Source: Clostridiales bacterium (lineage in GTDB: Bacteria > Bacillota > Clostridia > Monoglobales > JAIRYP01). Taken from it: a DNA stretch of 64,000 nt. A program made the translations under genes and the position numbers. The DNA lies in the NCBI GenBank assembly GCA_031267755.1, contig JAIRYP010000014.1, positions 2,938 through 66,937 on the forward strand, written 5' to 3'. The notes below the pieces were generated by a model. It searched no databases. It was not told where the DNA came from and saw nothing but the letters and a program-made list of their open reading frames with translations. Of this stretch, positions 34,948 through 44,062 are shown piece by piece (position 1 is the first letter of the stretch; every line of letters begins with the position of its first letter).

Positions 34948-35343
34948 ATGAATATTACGCAAAAAGAGGAAAAAAATACGATAAGTGAAGCTGAAAAAGG
35001 GATTTTAAGAGAATATGAAACTATGATTGTGATTGATTATTCAATTGGAGAAGAGCAGGTTCAAGGGGTTATTGAAAAGTTCAAATCTTTGATTGAAAAA
35101 AATGCTACTTTTGAAAGCATGGATATTTGGGGAAGACGAAGACTTGCGTATCCTATAAATTACAAAAATGAAGGTTTTTATGTTTTAATTAATTTTTTTT
35201 CAAATCCAGAATTTCCTCAAGAGTTAGAAAGAATATATAAAATAACTGAACAGCTATTGAGAACAATAATTGTAAAAAAAAATAAAATTTTCCAAAAGAA
35301 AACAGAAATTTGTGATCAAAAACAAGAGGGAAGCGAGAAATAA
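34948..35343 (+). CDS. rpsF: 30S ribosomal protein S6
   Basis: The ATG at 34948 follows GGGGAGGTG. The body REYETMIVID...WGRRRLAYPI matches S6, preceded by an N-terminal extension of about 20 aa. Confidence 0.88.
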   Translation: MNITQKEEKNTISEAEKGILREYETMIVIDYSIGEEQVQGVIEKFKSLIEKNATFESMDIWGRRRLAYPINYKNEGFYVLINFFSNPEFPQELERIYKITEQLLRTIIVKKNKIFQKKTEICDQKQEGSEK

Positions 35344-35825
35344 TGCTTAATAGGGCGATTTTGATGGGAAGACTTATTCGAGATCCAGAATTGAAAACGA
35401 CTCAATCAGGTTTTGCTTTTTGTAAATTCTGCATTGCTGTTGATAGGGATTTTTCCAATTCAGATAGTGAAAAAAAAACGGATTTTATATATGTGGTTTC
35501 TTGGAGAAGAAATGCGGAGTTTATTTCTAAATATTTTTTTAAAGGTAGTATGATTATAGTAGTTGGTAGTTTGCAAACTCGAAATTGGGATGGACAAGAT
35601 GGAATAAAGCGTTATGTTTTTGAAGTGATTGCTGATCAAGTTTATTTTGGAGATAGTAAAAAAGCAAATTCACAGTATATAAATCATTCTGATTCAAATT
35701 TTGAATCAGAAAAATCGAATGATTTTGGTTCCGATTATATGCAATCAAAGCTTGGCAATCCTTCAGTTGAAGAAGAAAGTGATGATTTTTCTATGGATGA
35801 TTCGGATGACGATTTACCATTTTAA
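35343..35825 (+). CDS. ssb: Single-stranded DNA-binding protein
   Basis: 160 aa. OB-fold N-terminus MLNRAILMGRLIRDPELKTT and an acidic tail ending DDDLPF. The start overlaps the rpsF stop by 1 nt. Confidence 0.93.
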   Translation: MLNRAILMGRLIRDPELKTTQSGFAFCKFCIAVDRDFSNSDSEKKTDFIYVVSWRRNAEFISKYFFKGSMIIVVGSLQTRNWDGQDGIKRYVFEVIADQVYFGDSKKANSQYINHSDSNFESEKSNDFGSDYMQSKLGNPSVEEESDDFSMDDSDDDLPF

Positions 35826-35917
35826 TTTTATTTGATAGTTTTATTTTATTAAATTTTAGATGCTTCTGTTTGTTGTACAAAGAATAGAGAGAACGTTATG
35901 GAGGAGGGAAAATTGAA

Positions 35918-36172
35918 GTGGCGGAAAAGGAAAAAGAAAAACGGGGGAAATATCGCGGCAAACGAATTAAAAAAAAGGTTTGTTTGTTTTGCGCGGATAA
36001 ATCACAGTTTATTGATTATAAGCATATTGTAGAACTTAAAAGTTTTACTTCAGAAAGAGGAAAAATTCTCCCAAGAAGAGTGAGTGGGTGTTGTGCTAAG
36101 CACCAAAGGCAAATTACAATTGCGGTAAAAAGGGCACGTTATCTTTCGCTTTTGCCATATGTTGCAAGTTAG
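35918..36172 (+). CDS. rpsR: 30S ribosomal protein S18
   Basis: 84 aa. GTG start after GGAGGAGGG. Pattern is CLFCADK..IDYK...[34 protein letters not shown]. Confidence 0.92.
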   Translation: MAEKEKEKRGKYRGKRIKKKVCLFCADKSQFIDYKHIVELKSFTSERGKILPRRVSGCCAKHQRQITIAVKRARYLSLLPYVAS

Positions 36173-36338
36173 AAAAATTAAAACATAATTTAGTTTAGTT
36201 GAACATTGAGTTATGGTCTATTGGTGTTTTGTTTCAATTATTTTAAAAAGTTATAGCAGATAATTGAGAAATGTTTGTTATTATTAATATTGTTTTGATT
36301 TTATAAGCAAATGATGTTTTTTTGTGTGTGAGGTTTAT

Positions 36339-36749
36339 ATGAACAGGCGTGAGGCGCGCGAAAGCGCGTTTATTATTGTTTTTCAAAATAAATTTAATTC
36401 TAACATAGAAGAAATTTTAAAGGATTTTCTAAGTGTAAAAAATGTTGGAAAACAGGAAAAATATATTAAAGAAGTGGTTTTAGGTTGCTTATTACACCAC
36501 AAGGAAATTGACTCTAAAATTAAAGAAAACCTGAGAGAAGAATGGAGTATAGAAAGGTTGTCGCATGTCAGTATTACGTTACTTCGTCTCGGTTTGTATG
36601 AAATTTATTATAGAAAAGATATTCCCATTACAGTCACAAATAATGAAGTCGTAAATCTCGCAAACATTTATGAGGGTGAGGAAGCTGCGTTTTTTGTCAA
36701 TGGAGTTTTAGGTAGTATTCAAAAAGAAATTGAAAGTGCTGCTGGATAA
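36339..36749 (+). CDS. nusB: Transcription antitermination factor NusB
   Basis: The ATG at 36339 (MNRREARESAFIIVFQ) follows GAGG. The track ORF starts 15 nt earlier. Confidence 0.88.
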   Translation: MNRREARESAFIIVFQNKFNSNIEEILKDFLSVKNVGKQEKYIKEVVLGCLLHHKEIDSKIKENLREEWSIERLSHVSITLLRLGLYEIYYRKDIPITVTNNEVVNLANIYEGEEAAFFVNGVLGSIQKEIESAAG

Positions 36750-37018
36750 TCGAAATAATTATTTTAACTACTCTTAAATTAAAATTGTTTTGATTTGAAT
36801 CAAAATTAAAAAATAATATTTTGGGTATTTAATTTAAATTTAGAATTAATTTTTTTGAAAAGTATGTTAATTTGCGTTCGCTTTTATAAAAAAATAAATA
36901 ATGTGCATTTCATAGTGAATTTTAAACAGATAAAAAAATTGTTTGTGACAAAATTTGAAAAAATTATTAATACTTACTTTAGAAGCGCGTATTTTGATAC
37001 AAAGGAGTTTGGTGTATC

Positions 37019-38236
37019 TTGGCGTTTGGAGGAATAACTCTTTCTGTTTCACAAGTAAATTTGTACATAAAATCTCTTTTTGAAAGAGATAAAACTATAA
37101 CTTCAGTTACGATTAAGGGAGAAATTTCCAATTTTAAATCTCACACATCTGGACATTTTTATATGTCATTAAAAGATGATGGAGCTGTTTTACGTGCCGT
37201 TATGTTTAAAACAAGCGCTGCGAAATTGTCATTTAAACTTGAAAATGGTATGAAGGTTTTGGCAAGCGGGAGAATTTCTGTTTATGAACGGGATGGTCAG
37301 TATCAGTTATATGTGGAAAGCATGAGGCTTGATGGAGTTGGCGATTTATATGTTGCTTTCGAAAAATTAAAGAAAAAGCTTAATCAAGAAGGATTATTTG
37401 ATTTATCACATAAAAGAGTTTTACCTAAATATCCAAAAATGATTGGAATTGTTACGTCACCAACAGGAGCTGCAATTCGTGATATTTTAAATGTGTTAAA
37501 AAGAAGGTTTTCATATTCGAATGTAATTTTATATCCCGTTTTGGTTCAAGGGGGAAATGCGTCTTCAAATATTGTTGAAGCTATAGAATATTTTAATAAA
37601 GAAAAAACTGTTGATGTTTTGGTAATAGGTCGCGGAGGAGGGTCTATTGAAGATTTATGGGCCTTTAACGAGGAAAACGTTGCAAGATCTATATATAAAA
37701 GCAAAATACCAATTGTATCTGCTGTTGGACATGAAATAGATTTTACAATTTCTGATTTTGTCGCAGACGTTAGAGCGCCCACCCCTTCGGCTGCAGCTGA
37801 AATTATTGTGCCCTCACACATTGAACTTAAAAAACAATTAAATACTATTTATGGCCATGCGATTTATTGCATAAAAAAATTTATTGAAAAAAGACAAGAT
37901 AAATTAATTCTTATGCTTAAGAATATTGTTTCGAGAAATCCAATTAATAAAATAAATGAAAAAAGAATTTATTTAGACAATTTAGTTAAAATTATGTTGA
38001 ATTTTATGACTAAATTTTTAGAGAAAATAAAAAAATGTATGCAAGTTGCGCAATCAAAAATTTGTGCAATGAATCCGTTGAATGTTTTGTCTCGCGGATA
38101 TTCCATTGTTAAAAATAATGAAGGAGTTATTTTAAAATCAATTGATCAGCTTAAGATAGATGATGAAATTTGTTTAGTGCTTGAGGGAGGAAGTGCGGTG
38201 TGCTATGTTCATGAAATATTACAAGAAAATAATTGA
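37019..38236 (+). CDS. xseA: Exodeoxyribonuclease VII large subunit
   Basis: 405 aa. TTG start after AAGGAG. Motifs include LSVSQVNLYIKSLFE, GEISNFKSHTSGHFYMSLKD, GIVTSPTGAAIRDI, GRGGGSIEDLWAFNEE and SAVGHEIDFTI. Confidence 0.92.
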   Translation: MAFGGITLSVSQVNLYIKSLFERDKTITSVTIKGEISNFKSHTSGHFYMSLKDDGAVLRAVMFKTSAAKLSFKLENGMKVLASGRISVYERDGQYQLYVESMRLDGVGDLYVAFEKLKKKLNQEGLFDLSHKRVLPKYPKMIGIVTSPTGAAIRDILNVLKRRFSYSNVILYPVLVQGGNASSNIVEAIEYFNKEKTVDVLVIGRGGGSIEDLWAFNEENVARSIYKSKIPIVSAVGHEIDFTISDFVADVRAPTPSAAAEIIVPSHIELKKQLNTIYGHAIYCIKKFIEKRQDKLILMLKNIVSRNPINKINEKRIYLDNLVKIMLNFMTKFLEKIKKCMQVAQSKICAMNPLNVLSRGYSIVKNNEGVILKSIDQLKIDDEICLVLEGGSAVCYVHEILQENN

Positions 38237-38365
38237 CAGAATTAATATTTTACATTAATATGATTTTATGTTTCTAAAATGTTTTTTTAATTTTAATGAT
38301 TTATTGATAGTACAATTGTTAGATTGGATTGGGGTTTATACATCGAGTGATAACTTAATGAATTT

Positions 38366-38743
38366 GTGATGTTTTTTTGGATTGGTATTCATTCATGTGA
38401 TATAAAAACAAAATATGTTTCAGATAGGAATATAGAAACAGAATATGATTCATGTGAGTATATAGAAACAGAATATATTCGTTATTATAAGTTTTGTTTT
38501 AAAAACATAGAAAAAATACTTGATACCCGTTGCAAGAATCATTTAGAAAAATTAGAATTAGATAAAAATTTTTCAAATAAAATTAGTAGTGATTTTACAT
38601 CTAGTGAGAAAGATGAAAGAAAGCGTATAGATGTTGATTTATGTAAAGTTAATATTAAAAAAGATCAAATTTTTTGGTTGAACAAGTTTACAAAGAATTT
38701 ATTGGGAATCGATTCAAATTTACAAGAACAAAAGGCAATATAA
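38366..38743 (+). CDS. Questionable ORF in the xseA-xseB spacer
   Basis: 125 aa with no convincing RBS and no recognisable motifs. It contains the direct DNA repeat atatagaaacagaatat twice (about 38429 and 38460). Confidence 0.2.
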   Translation: MMFFWIGIHSCDIKTKYVSDRNIETEYDSCEYIETEYIRYYKFCFKNIEKILDTRCKNHLEKLELDKNFSNKISSDFTSSEKDERKRIDVDLCKVNIKKDQIFWLNKFTKNLLGIDSNLQEQKAI

Positions 38744-39091
38744 ATTTTGTATCTCGGGTTTGAATTAGCAGCACTTGAAATGAATGTTAAATTACAAAAT
38801 GTTATTTTATTCATACATGGTGTTTAAACGAAAGAATTACTTTTGAAAAATGATAGTTTGTATGAAAAAATTCTTACTTTTGTACAAAAATTAATAAATT
38901 TTGTTTAAGATTTTTAGGGATTCATAATATTTAGATGATTTTTGCCAATTTAAGAAAAACAAGTGCGAATAATTGATTTAAAAATTTTTCTAGACATAGG
39001 AATATGTAGTTTTAGTTTTTAATTTGAAAAGATAAAATTTTGTTTATGTTTTTTTAATTTTTTTTAACAAATAATGTTTCTTGGAGTTAAT

Positions 39092-39349
39092 ATGAATTTA
39101 GATATTAGTGATGGAAAAAATTTAGTAAGCGAAAATTTTGAAGAGAATATGGATAACCTTGAAGCGGTTGTAAAGAAACTCGAAAAAGGTGATGAGAGTT
39201 TGGAAAGTATGCTTTTGTTGTTTGAAAAAGGAATGAAACTTACAAAAAAATGCAATAGATTGCTTGATAATGCAGAACAGAAAATTAATATCCTAATGAA
39301 AAACGAAGAAAGTGGCGAAATTCACGAAGAGGATTTTGTTGAAGAGTAA
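39092..39349 (+). CDS. xseB: Exodeoxyribonuclease VII small subunit
   Basis: The ATG at 39092 (MNLDISDG) follows GGAG. FEENMDNLEAVVKKLEKGDESLESMLLLFEKGMKLTKKCNRLLDNAEQKI matches the XseB pattern. Confidence 0.88.
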   Translation: MNLDISDGKNLVSENFEENMDNLEAVVKKLEKGDESLESMLLLFEKGMKLTKKCNRLLDNAEQKINILMKNEESGEIHEEDFVEE

Positions 39350-39447
39350 GTAAGAGTGTTAGATTTAAACAAGAATTAATTGAATTTGTTTTAGGATATG
39401 TGTATTTTGTCTGTAAGCTTTTAACACTAAAATTTTAAGTTAAGATA

Positions 39448-40341
39448 TTAAAAAAAATTTATTATTTTTTTATAAAGTCCTTCATTTGTCACTGTTGAGA
39501 GTGAAAGTAGTTTATTTTTTAAGCTATACAAAACATAAAATTTATTTGGCTTTAAATTTCTTAATTCTATTGATATACCTTTTTTGATTTTTATTTCTTC
39601 TATTTCTGTTAAAAAGATTTTTTGGTAATTGCAAAGTATTTCATCGATGGAGGTTATGCAGTTTTGAAAATCTCCAGTATTACAATTATTTTTAAGTTCT
39701 TTTATGTTTAATGAGTTTTCTATGCAAAATTTTCCATTTTTAGTTCGCACTAAGCTTGTCAAATGGGCGCCACAACCGATGAATTTCCCAATATCTGCAC
39801 AAAGAGTCCTTATATACGTGCCCTTTGAACACTTTATTTTTATAAAGATTTCATTTTTTATGAAGCAAATATTCAGAACAGAAATTTCGTAAATTTTTAC
39901 TTTTCGACTTTTTCTCTCAATTTCTATTCCTTTTCGTGCGAGTTCATAGAGTTTTTTTCCGTTTACTTTTAATGCAGAATACATAGGAGGAGTTTGTTCG
40001 ATTATTCCTGTAAAATTTTGTACTGCTTCTTCAATTATTTTTTTGTTTATATTAACATGTTTTGACTCTAAAATTTTACCTGTTGAATCTTCGGTGTCTG
40101 TTGTAATACCAAGCTTAAAGCTTGCAATATACTCTTTATCTTCGTTCATTATAAAATTTGAAATTTTAGTTGCTTTGCCAAGACAAACAACTAAAACACC
40201 ACTTGCCAAAGGATCAAGAGTCCCAGTGTGTCCAACTTTTTTTACATTCGTAATTTTTTTAATATTTTGTACAACTTGATGAGAAGACATTCCTGATTCT
40301 TTATTTACATTTAATATAAAATTTGTCATAAAGTAAACCAT
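39448..40341 (-). CDS. truB: tRNA pseudouridine(55) synthase
   Basis: 297 aa with VGHTGTLDPLASGVLVV (catalytic Asp) and KGTYIRTL. The start could instead be the ATG 12 nt downstream. Confidence 0.9.
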   Translation of the reverse strand: MVYFMTNFILNVNKESGMSSHQVVQNIKKITNVKKVGHTGTLDPLASGVLVVCLGKATKISNFIMNEDKEYIASFKLGITTDTEDSTGKILESKHVNINKKIIEEAVQNFTGIIEQTPPMYSALKVNGKKLYELARKGIEIERKSRKVKIYEISVLNICFIKNEIFIKIKCSKGTYIRTLCADIGKFIGCGAHLTSLVRTKNGKFCIENSLNIKELKNNCNTGDFQNCITSIDEILCNYQKIFLTEIEEIKIKKGISIELRNLKPNKFYVLYSLKNKLLSLSTVTNEGLYKKIINFF

Positions 40342-40384
40342 TTCTTTGTTATATTACACGAAAATTGTTTTATAAAAATATCTG

Positions 40385-40786
40385 CTATTCAATAACAACT
40401 AGAATATCACCAGTTTTCACAGAATCGCCATTTGAAATATTTATAGTTACAATTTTTCCAGATTTAGGCGCGCATATTTCATTTTCCATCTTCATAGATT
40501 CAAGTACGCAAATCACATCTCCTGAATTTATAGAAACACCATTTTTTACATTTACGGAAATTATGTTGCCAGGCATAGGAGCGATTACTTTTATTGATTT
40601 TTCTGATGTAGTGTTTTCTTGGTTTTTTGGATCATGCAAAAAAGTGTTTTGAGATTCATTTACTTCGTTCTCAATAACAATATTTTTTTGTTTTGTTGAT
40701 GCTTGTTCTTTTGAAGAACTTTTTTCTAATTCTTCAATTTCCACTTCATAACTTTTACCGTTTACTTTTACTGTAAATTTTTTCAT
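40385..40786 (-). CDS. Biotinyl-domain carrier protein (BCCP-like), standalone
   Basis: 133 aa. The C-terminal domain reads APMPGNIISV...GDVICVLESMKMENEICAPKSGKI, with the biotinyl-lysine MKM motif. No carboxylase or decarboxylase partners are adjacent. Confidence 0.8.
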   Translation of the reverse strand: MKKFTVKVNGKSYEVEIEELEKSSSKEQASTKQKNIVIENEVNESQNTFLHDPKNQENTTSEKSIKVIAPMPGNIISVNVKNGVSINSGDVICVLESMKMENEICAPKSGKIVTINISNGDSVKTGDILVVIE

Positions 40787-40902
40787 TTTTTAACCTTTCG
40801 AGTGATGAACAACCATTAAAAATTTGTTGTTGATTTTATTCTATAAAAATTTTTTTCTATATTTTTGCTGTTTATTTTTATCAAAATTATTTATTTATTT
40901 TT

Positions 40903-42525
40903 TTATAAACGACAAGGGTGTTGTTTATAAAATAATTCAGGACTAAAATTGTGATCGTTATGACAAAGGTAAAAGCTAATTTTTGATATTAATCTTTGCT
41001 TTTTTGTTTCTGATGATTCAAGTTTAACCAATTTTAATCTCTCACTTTCAATTTCATGTTTTAACGCTTGTTTTGCCTCTTCTTCATTTTTTTGTATTTC
41101 AAGTCTTATTTGTTCGCTCAATAATCTTAATACTTTTTCGATTTCTTTAGTATTTTTTTCAGTTATTTCTATTACTTCGTGAAGCGTTGTAATTTTAAAC
41201 GCCATACCTTCCAATTGTGGGTTTTTCCCAACTATCTCTTGAATTTTGCAACAAACTCTTTCAGCAGTATTTTTGCCTTCAAAAATAATTGTTATTTCAT
41301 CTTGTTTTTGTGTTATTTTTTTTTCATTTTCTTTTATTTTTGATTTCATAATTTCAACTTCATTTTGCTGTGCTATTCTTCTTCTAATTCCATCAAGTTC
41401 TCCTGAACCTTCTAAAGAAATTACTTCGAGCTCTTGTGGTATTGAAAATTCACTACTATCTTTCCTAATTTCTTTAATTAATTCATCTTTTTCTATTTCT
41501 TTTTTTCTAATTTCTGCTTTTTTATTATGGACGTCTTGTTGTAATTTTTCATTTTTACGATTACTTGTTAGTTTTATTTGTAAAAGACAAAGTAATTGGT
41601 TTTCTTTCATTATTTCATACATTTTATACAATAATAATTCGCGTTTATTTAAATGACCTTCTCTTTCTATTTCGAATATTTCTGCATTTAAATGCCTATT
41701 TTCTGCTTCTAGCTCTCTTCTTTCTTTTATCAATTGTTCTATTCTTTCATTTTCTAATTCTTTTCGTTTTTCATATTCAATATTTATTTTTAATAGTTCA
41801 AGAAATTTTGGATTAATTGATTTTAGAATTTCTTCATTTTCTCTTAATTGATCTTTAAATCCTTCAAGTTTACTATTTTCTTTCAAAAAATCTTGTTGTG
41901 CTTCATCGAATTCTTTTTTTATTGCTTGAAGTTGTAATGATTTTACATCAGAAACATGAGATATTTCATTTTCTAAAATTCTAATTTTTTGCGTAATTTC
42001 AATACGTCTTTTTTCTATTTCCTGTGAGTTAAAAATAAGATTTTTGTATTTATTTAAATAATGAATTAATTTTCCCAATTCTAATAAATTTATTGAAAAT
42101 AAAAATAGTTTAGGAGGTGGTGGGTTAAGTTCAGTTACTGTAATTTTACTGATTAAACCAACATAAAAACGATCCAATACTTTATCTTGATACTTAATTC
42201 GAGCTTGATACTCATCTAAAAATTTTTCAACTCTTTCTTGATATTGTAAATATTCAATGTAAAAAATTTTACTAAAAAAATCGGCTTCATTTATTTGATT
42301 AATATCGACTTTTGTTAAAAAACAAACTTCAATAAGTAAATTTCTAATTTCACCAGTAAAATAACTAACAAGTTCATCTTCATGTTTTGTAAATACAAAA
42401 GAATAGTTAAGATATTGTAATATTTTTAAAACATGTGATTTTATAGATTGAAAAATAGTGTCAACTTTCTCTTTTGCTTGAGATTCTAATTCATAACTGT
42501 TTTTTTTGATTTTAACTGCACTCAT
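40903..42525 (-). CDS. Long coiled-coil protein, unknown function
   Basis: 540 aa. AAGGAG RBS. The C-terminal two thirds are E/K/I/L heptad-like. A short NPPPPK motif is present. Confidence 0.6.
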   Translation of the reverse strand: MSAVKIKKNSYELESQAKEKVDTIFQSIKSHVLKILQYLNYSFVFTKHEDELVSYFTGEIRNLLIEVCFLTKVDINQINEADFFSKIFYIEYLQYQERVEKFLDEYQARIKYQDKVLDRFYVGLISKITVTELNPPPPKLFLFSINLLELGKLIHYLNKYKNLIFNSQEIEKRRIEITQKIRILENEISHVSDVKSLQLQAIKKEFDEAQQDFLKENSKLEGFKDQLRENEEILKSINPKFLELLKINIEYEKRKELENERIEQLIKERRELEAENRHLNAEIFEIEREGHLNKRELLLYKMYEIMKENQLLCLLQIKLTSNRKNEKLQQDVHNKKAEIRKKEIEKDELIKEIRKDSSEFSIPQELEVISLEGSGELDGIRRRIAQQNEVEIMKSKIKENEKKITQKQDEITIIFEGKNTAERVCCKIQEIVGKNPQLEGMAFKITTLHEVIEITEKNTKEIEKVLRLLSEQIRLEIQKNEEEAKQALKHEIESERLKLVKLESSETKKQRLISKISFYLCHNDHNFSPELFYKQHPCRL

Positions 42526-42590
42526 ATTTTCTCCTTAGTATTGTTTAATAAAATTTAGAACTTTATTGTGTCATATATAAACTAAAAATT

Positions 42591-43631
42591 TCAAATATTT
42601 TGAAAGTTAAAATCATATTTTTTAAATTTTTCTTCAGGTATATCTAATTCGTTGCATAAATCAAAAAAAGATTCATTAATATTTTTACTAAAACAATATG
42701 TTGATCCTTCAAAAGCTGGAATTATTTTTTTAATATTTAAAGCTAGTTTAAACGCTAAAAATGAAATTTCAAAATCTTCAAATTCCATTGCCGCAAAAGC
42801 TAAATCAATATATGGATCACGTATATTTGGAGTTTCTTCCATTGATTTGATAAACCACTTATAACATTCTTTTTTGTTTGAAAGAAATTTATAAGATTTA
42901 GCAATATGTCTCATGGCACCGGATTTTTCTTCACTCCATGGTCCGTTTTCAATTGAAAAATATGGTAAAAGTGTATCAATGCATTTTTGCCATTCATTTT
43001 TATACATATATTCTCTTCCTAAATAATATCTCATTCTCGAATCATCTGGCATTTCTTTTACAGCAAATTCAAGTAAATTTAGGTAAAATTCATTTGATTT
43101 TTTATTGTATCTATAGTGCTTTGAAATTAAGTCTTCAACAAAAATTATTTTTTCGGCCTCTTCACCATCATAGACAAGCCATTCATGGACAGGCCAACGC
43201 CATTTATAATTTTTTCTTGAATGAATTTTTGAAGTTGTCATTTTTCCTATTAATACATTATTTTCAGCATAAATAAGATGACATAAATAATTTAGTCTAC
43301 TTACTCCATCTTTCCACGCTTTTTCAACCTTTTTTCTCCATCCAGTTTCAAATATTTCATCCAAATCGGTGCAAACGCAAATATCGACATCATTTGGAAC
43401 ATTAGAAAGCGAAATATTTCTTGCTTCGTCAAATCTAAAAAAGTCAAGTTTAGTTTCGTGAACTATTACTCCTCTATTTTTAAGTTTTTCTACTGTATTA
43501 TCTTCAGAACCAGTATCTGTTACAATTAATAAATCTGCCTCTTCGTGAGCATCAACCCATTTATCAACATGCTCTTCTTCATTTTTGCATATTGAATATA
43601 CGCAAATTTTTTTTTTCACAATTCTCACCAT
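42591..43631 (-). CDS. GT2-like glycosyltransferase with a C-terminal TPR-like region
   Basis: The likely start is the ATG at 43631 (MVRIVKKKICVYSICKNEEEHVDKW). ICVYxICKNE and a DTGSxD motif are typical of a GT2 subgroup. The C-terminal half contains YYLGREY-type TPR helices. Confidence 0.65.
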   Translation of the reverse strand: MVRIVKKKICVYSICKNEEEHVDKWVDAHEEADLLIVTDTGSEDNTVEKLKNRGVIVHETKLDFFRFDEARNISLSNVPNDVDICVCTDLDEIFETGWRKKVEKAWKDGVSRLNYLCHLIYAENNVLIGKMTTSKIHSRKNYKWRWPVHEWLVYDGEEAEKIIFVEDLISKHYRYNKKSNEFYLNLLEFAVKEMPDDSRMRYYLGREYMYKNEWQKCIDTLLPYFSIENGPWSEEKSGAMRHIAKSYKFLSNKKECYKWFIKSMEETPNIRDPYIDLAFAAMEFEDFEISFLAFKLALNIKKIIPAFEGSTYCFSKNINESFFDLCNELDIPEEKFKKYDFNFQNI

Positions 43632-43798
43632 CCACGCATTATTAGTACTTAACGTAATAATATGAATAGTAAAGTGAAAATGACACAAAATTTTAAATGT
43701 CTTTAAAAATATTTATATTTTGATTAAAATATTGAATAATTTTAAAAATATTAAAGTTCTTGTTAAAATAAAACCATTAAAAAAATTAGGTGATTTTT

Positions 43799-44062
43799 TT
43801 GGGAGCTACTGAAGAAATAAAAAAATATTCTAAAGAAGAATTAGTTGAAAAAATTTTGGAAATTGAAAATATGACGGATGATGTAGAAAAATTTCAATTA
43901 ATTTTGCAATCGATAGATTGTGGTCAAGATATAGATTTAAGTAAATTAAAAATTGCGATAGATGGAATGAAAACAAAATTGCAGGAAAGTACACAAGAAA
44001 CAATTGAAGAACCATTGATTGAGCAAATATTCGATGTTGAACTTCATATAAAAAATGTATGA
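43799..44062 (+). CDS. Small acidic hypothetical protein, translationally coupled to the next gene
   Basis: TTG at 43799 lies 5 nt after AGGTGA. The track gives GTG at 43790. Its stop overlaps the next start (ATGA). Confidence 0.5.
   Translation: MGATEEIKKYSKEELVEKILEIENMTDDVEKFQLILQSIDCGQDIDLSKLKIAIDGMKTKLQESTQETIEEPLIEQIFDVELHIKNV

Noticed and set aside
36855-37052. Two overlapping 60-aa ORFs in the nusB-xseA intergenic region.
   Set aside because: They are AT-rich with no RBS, and they overlap each other on opposite strands as well as the xseA start region.
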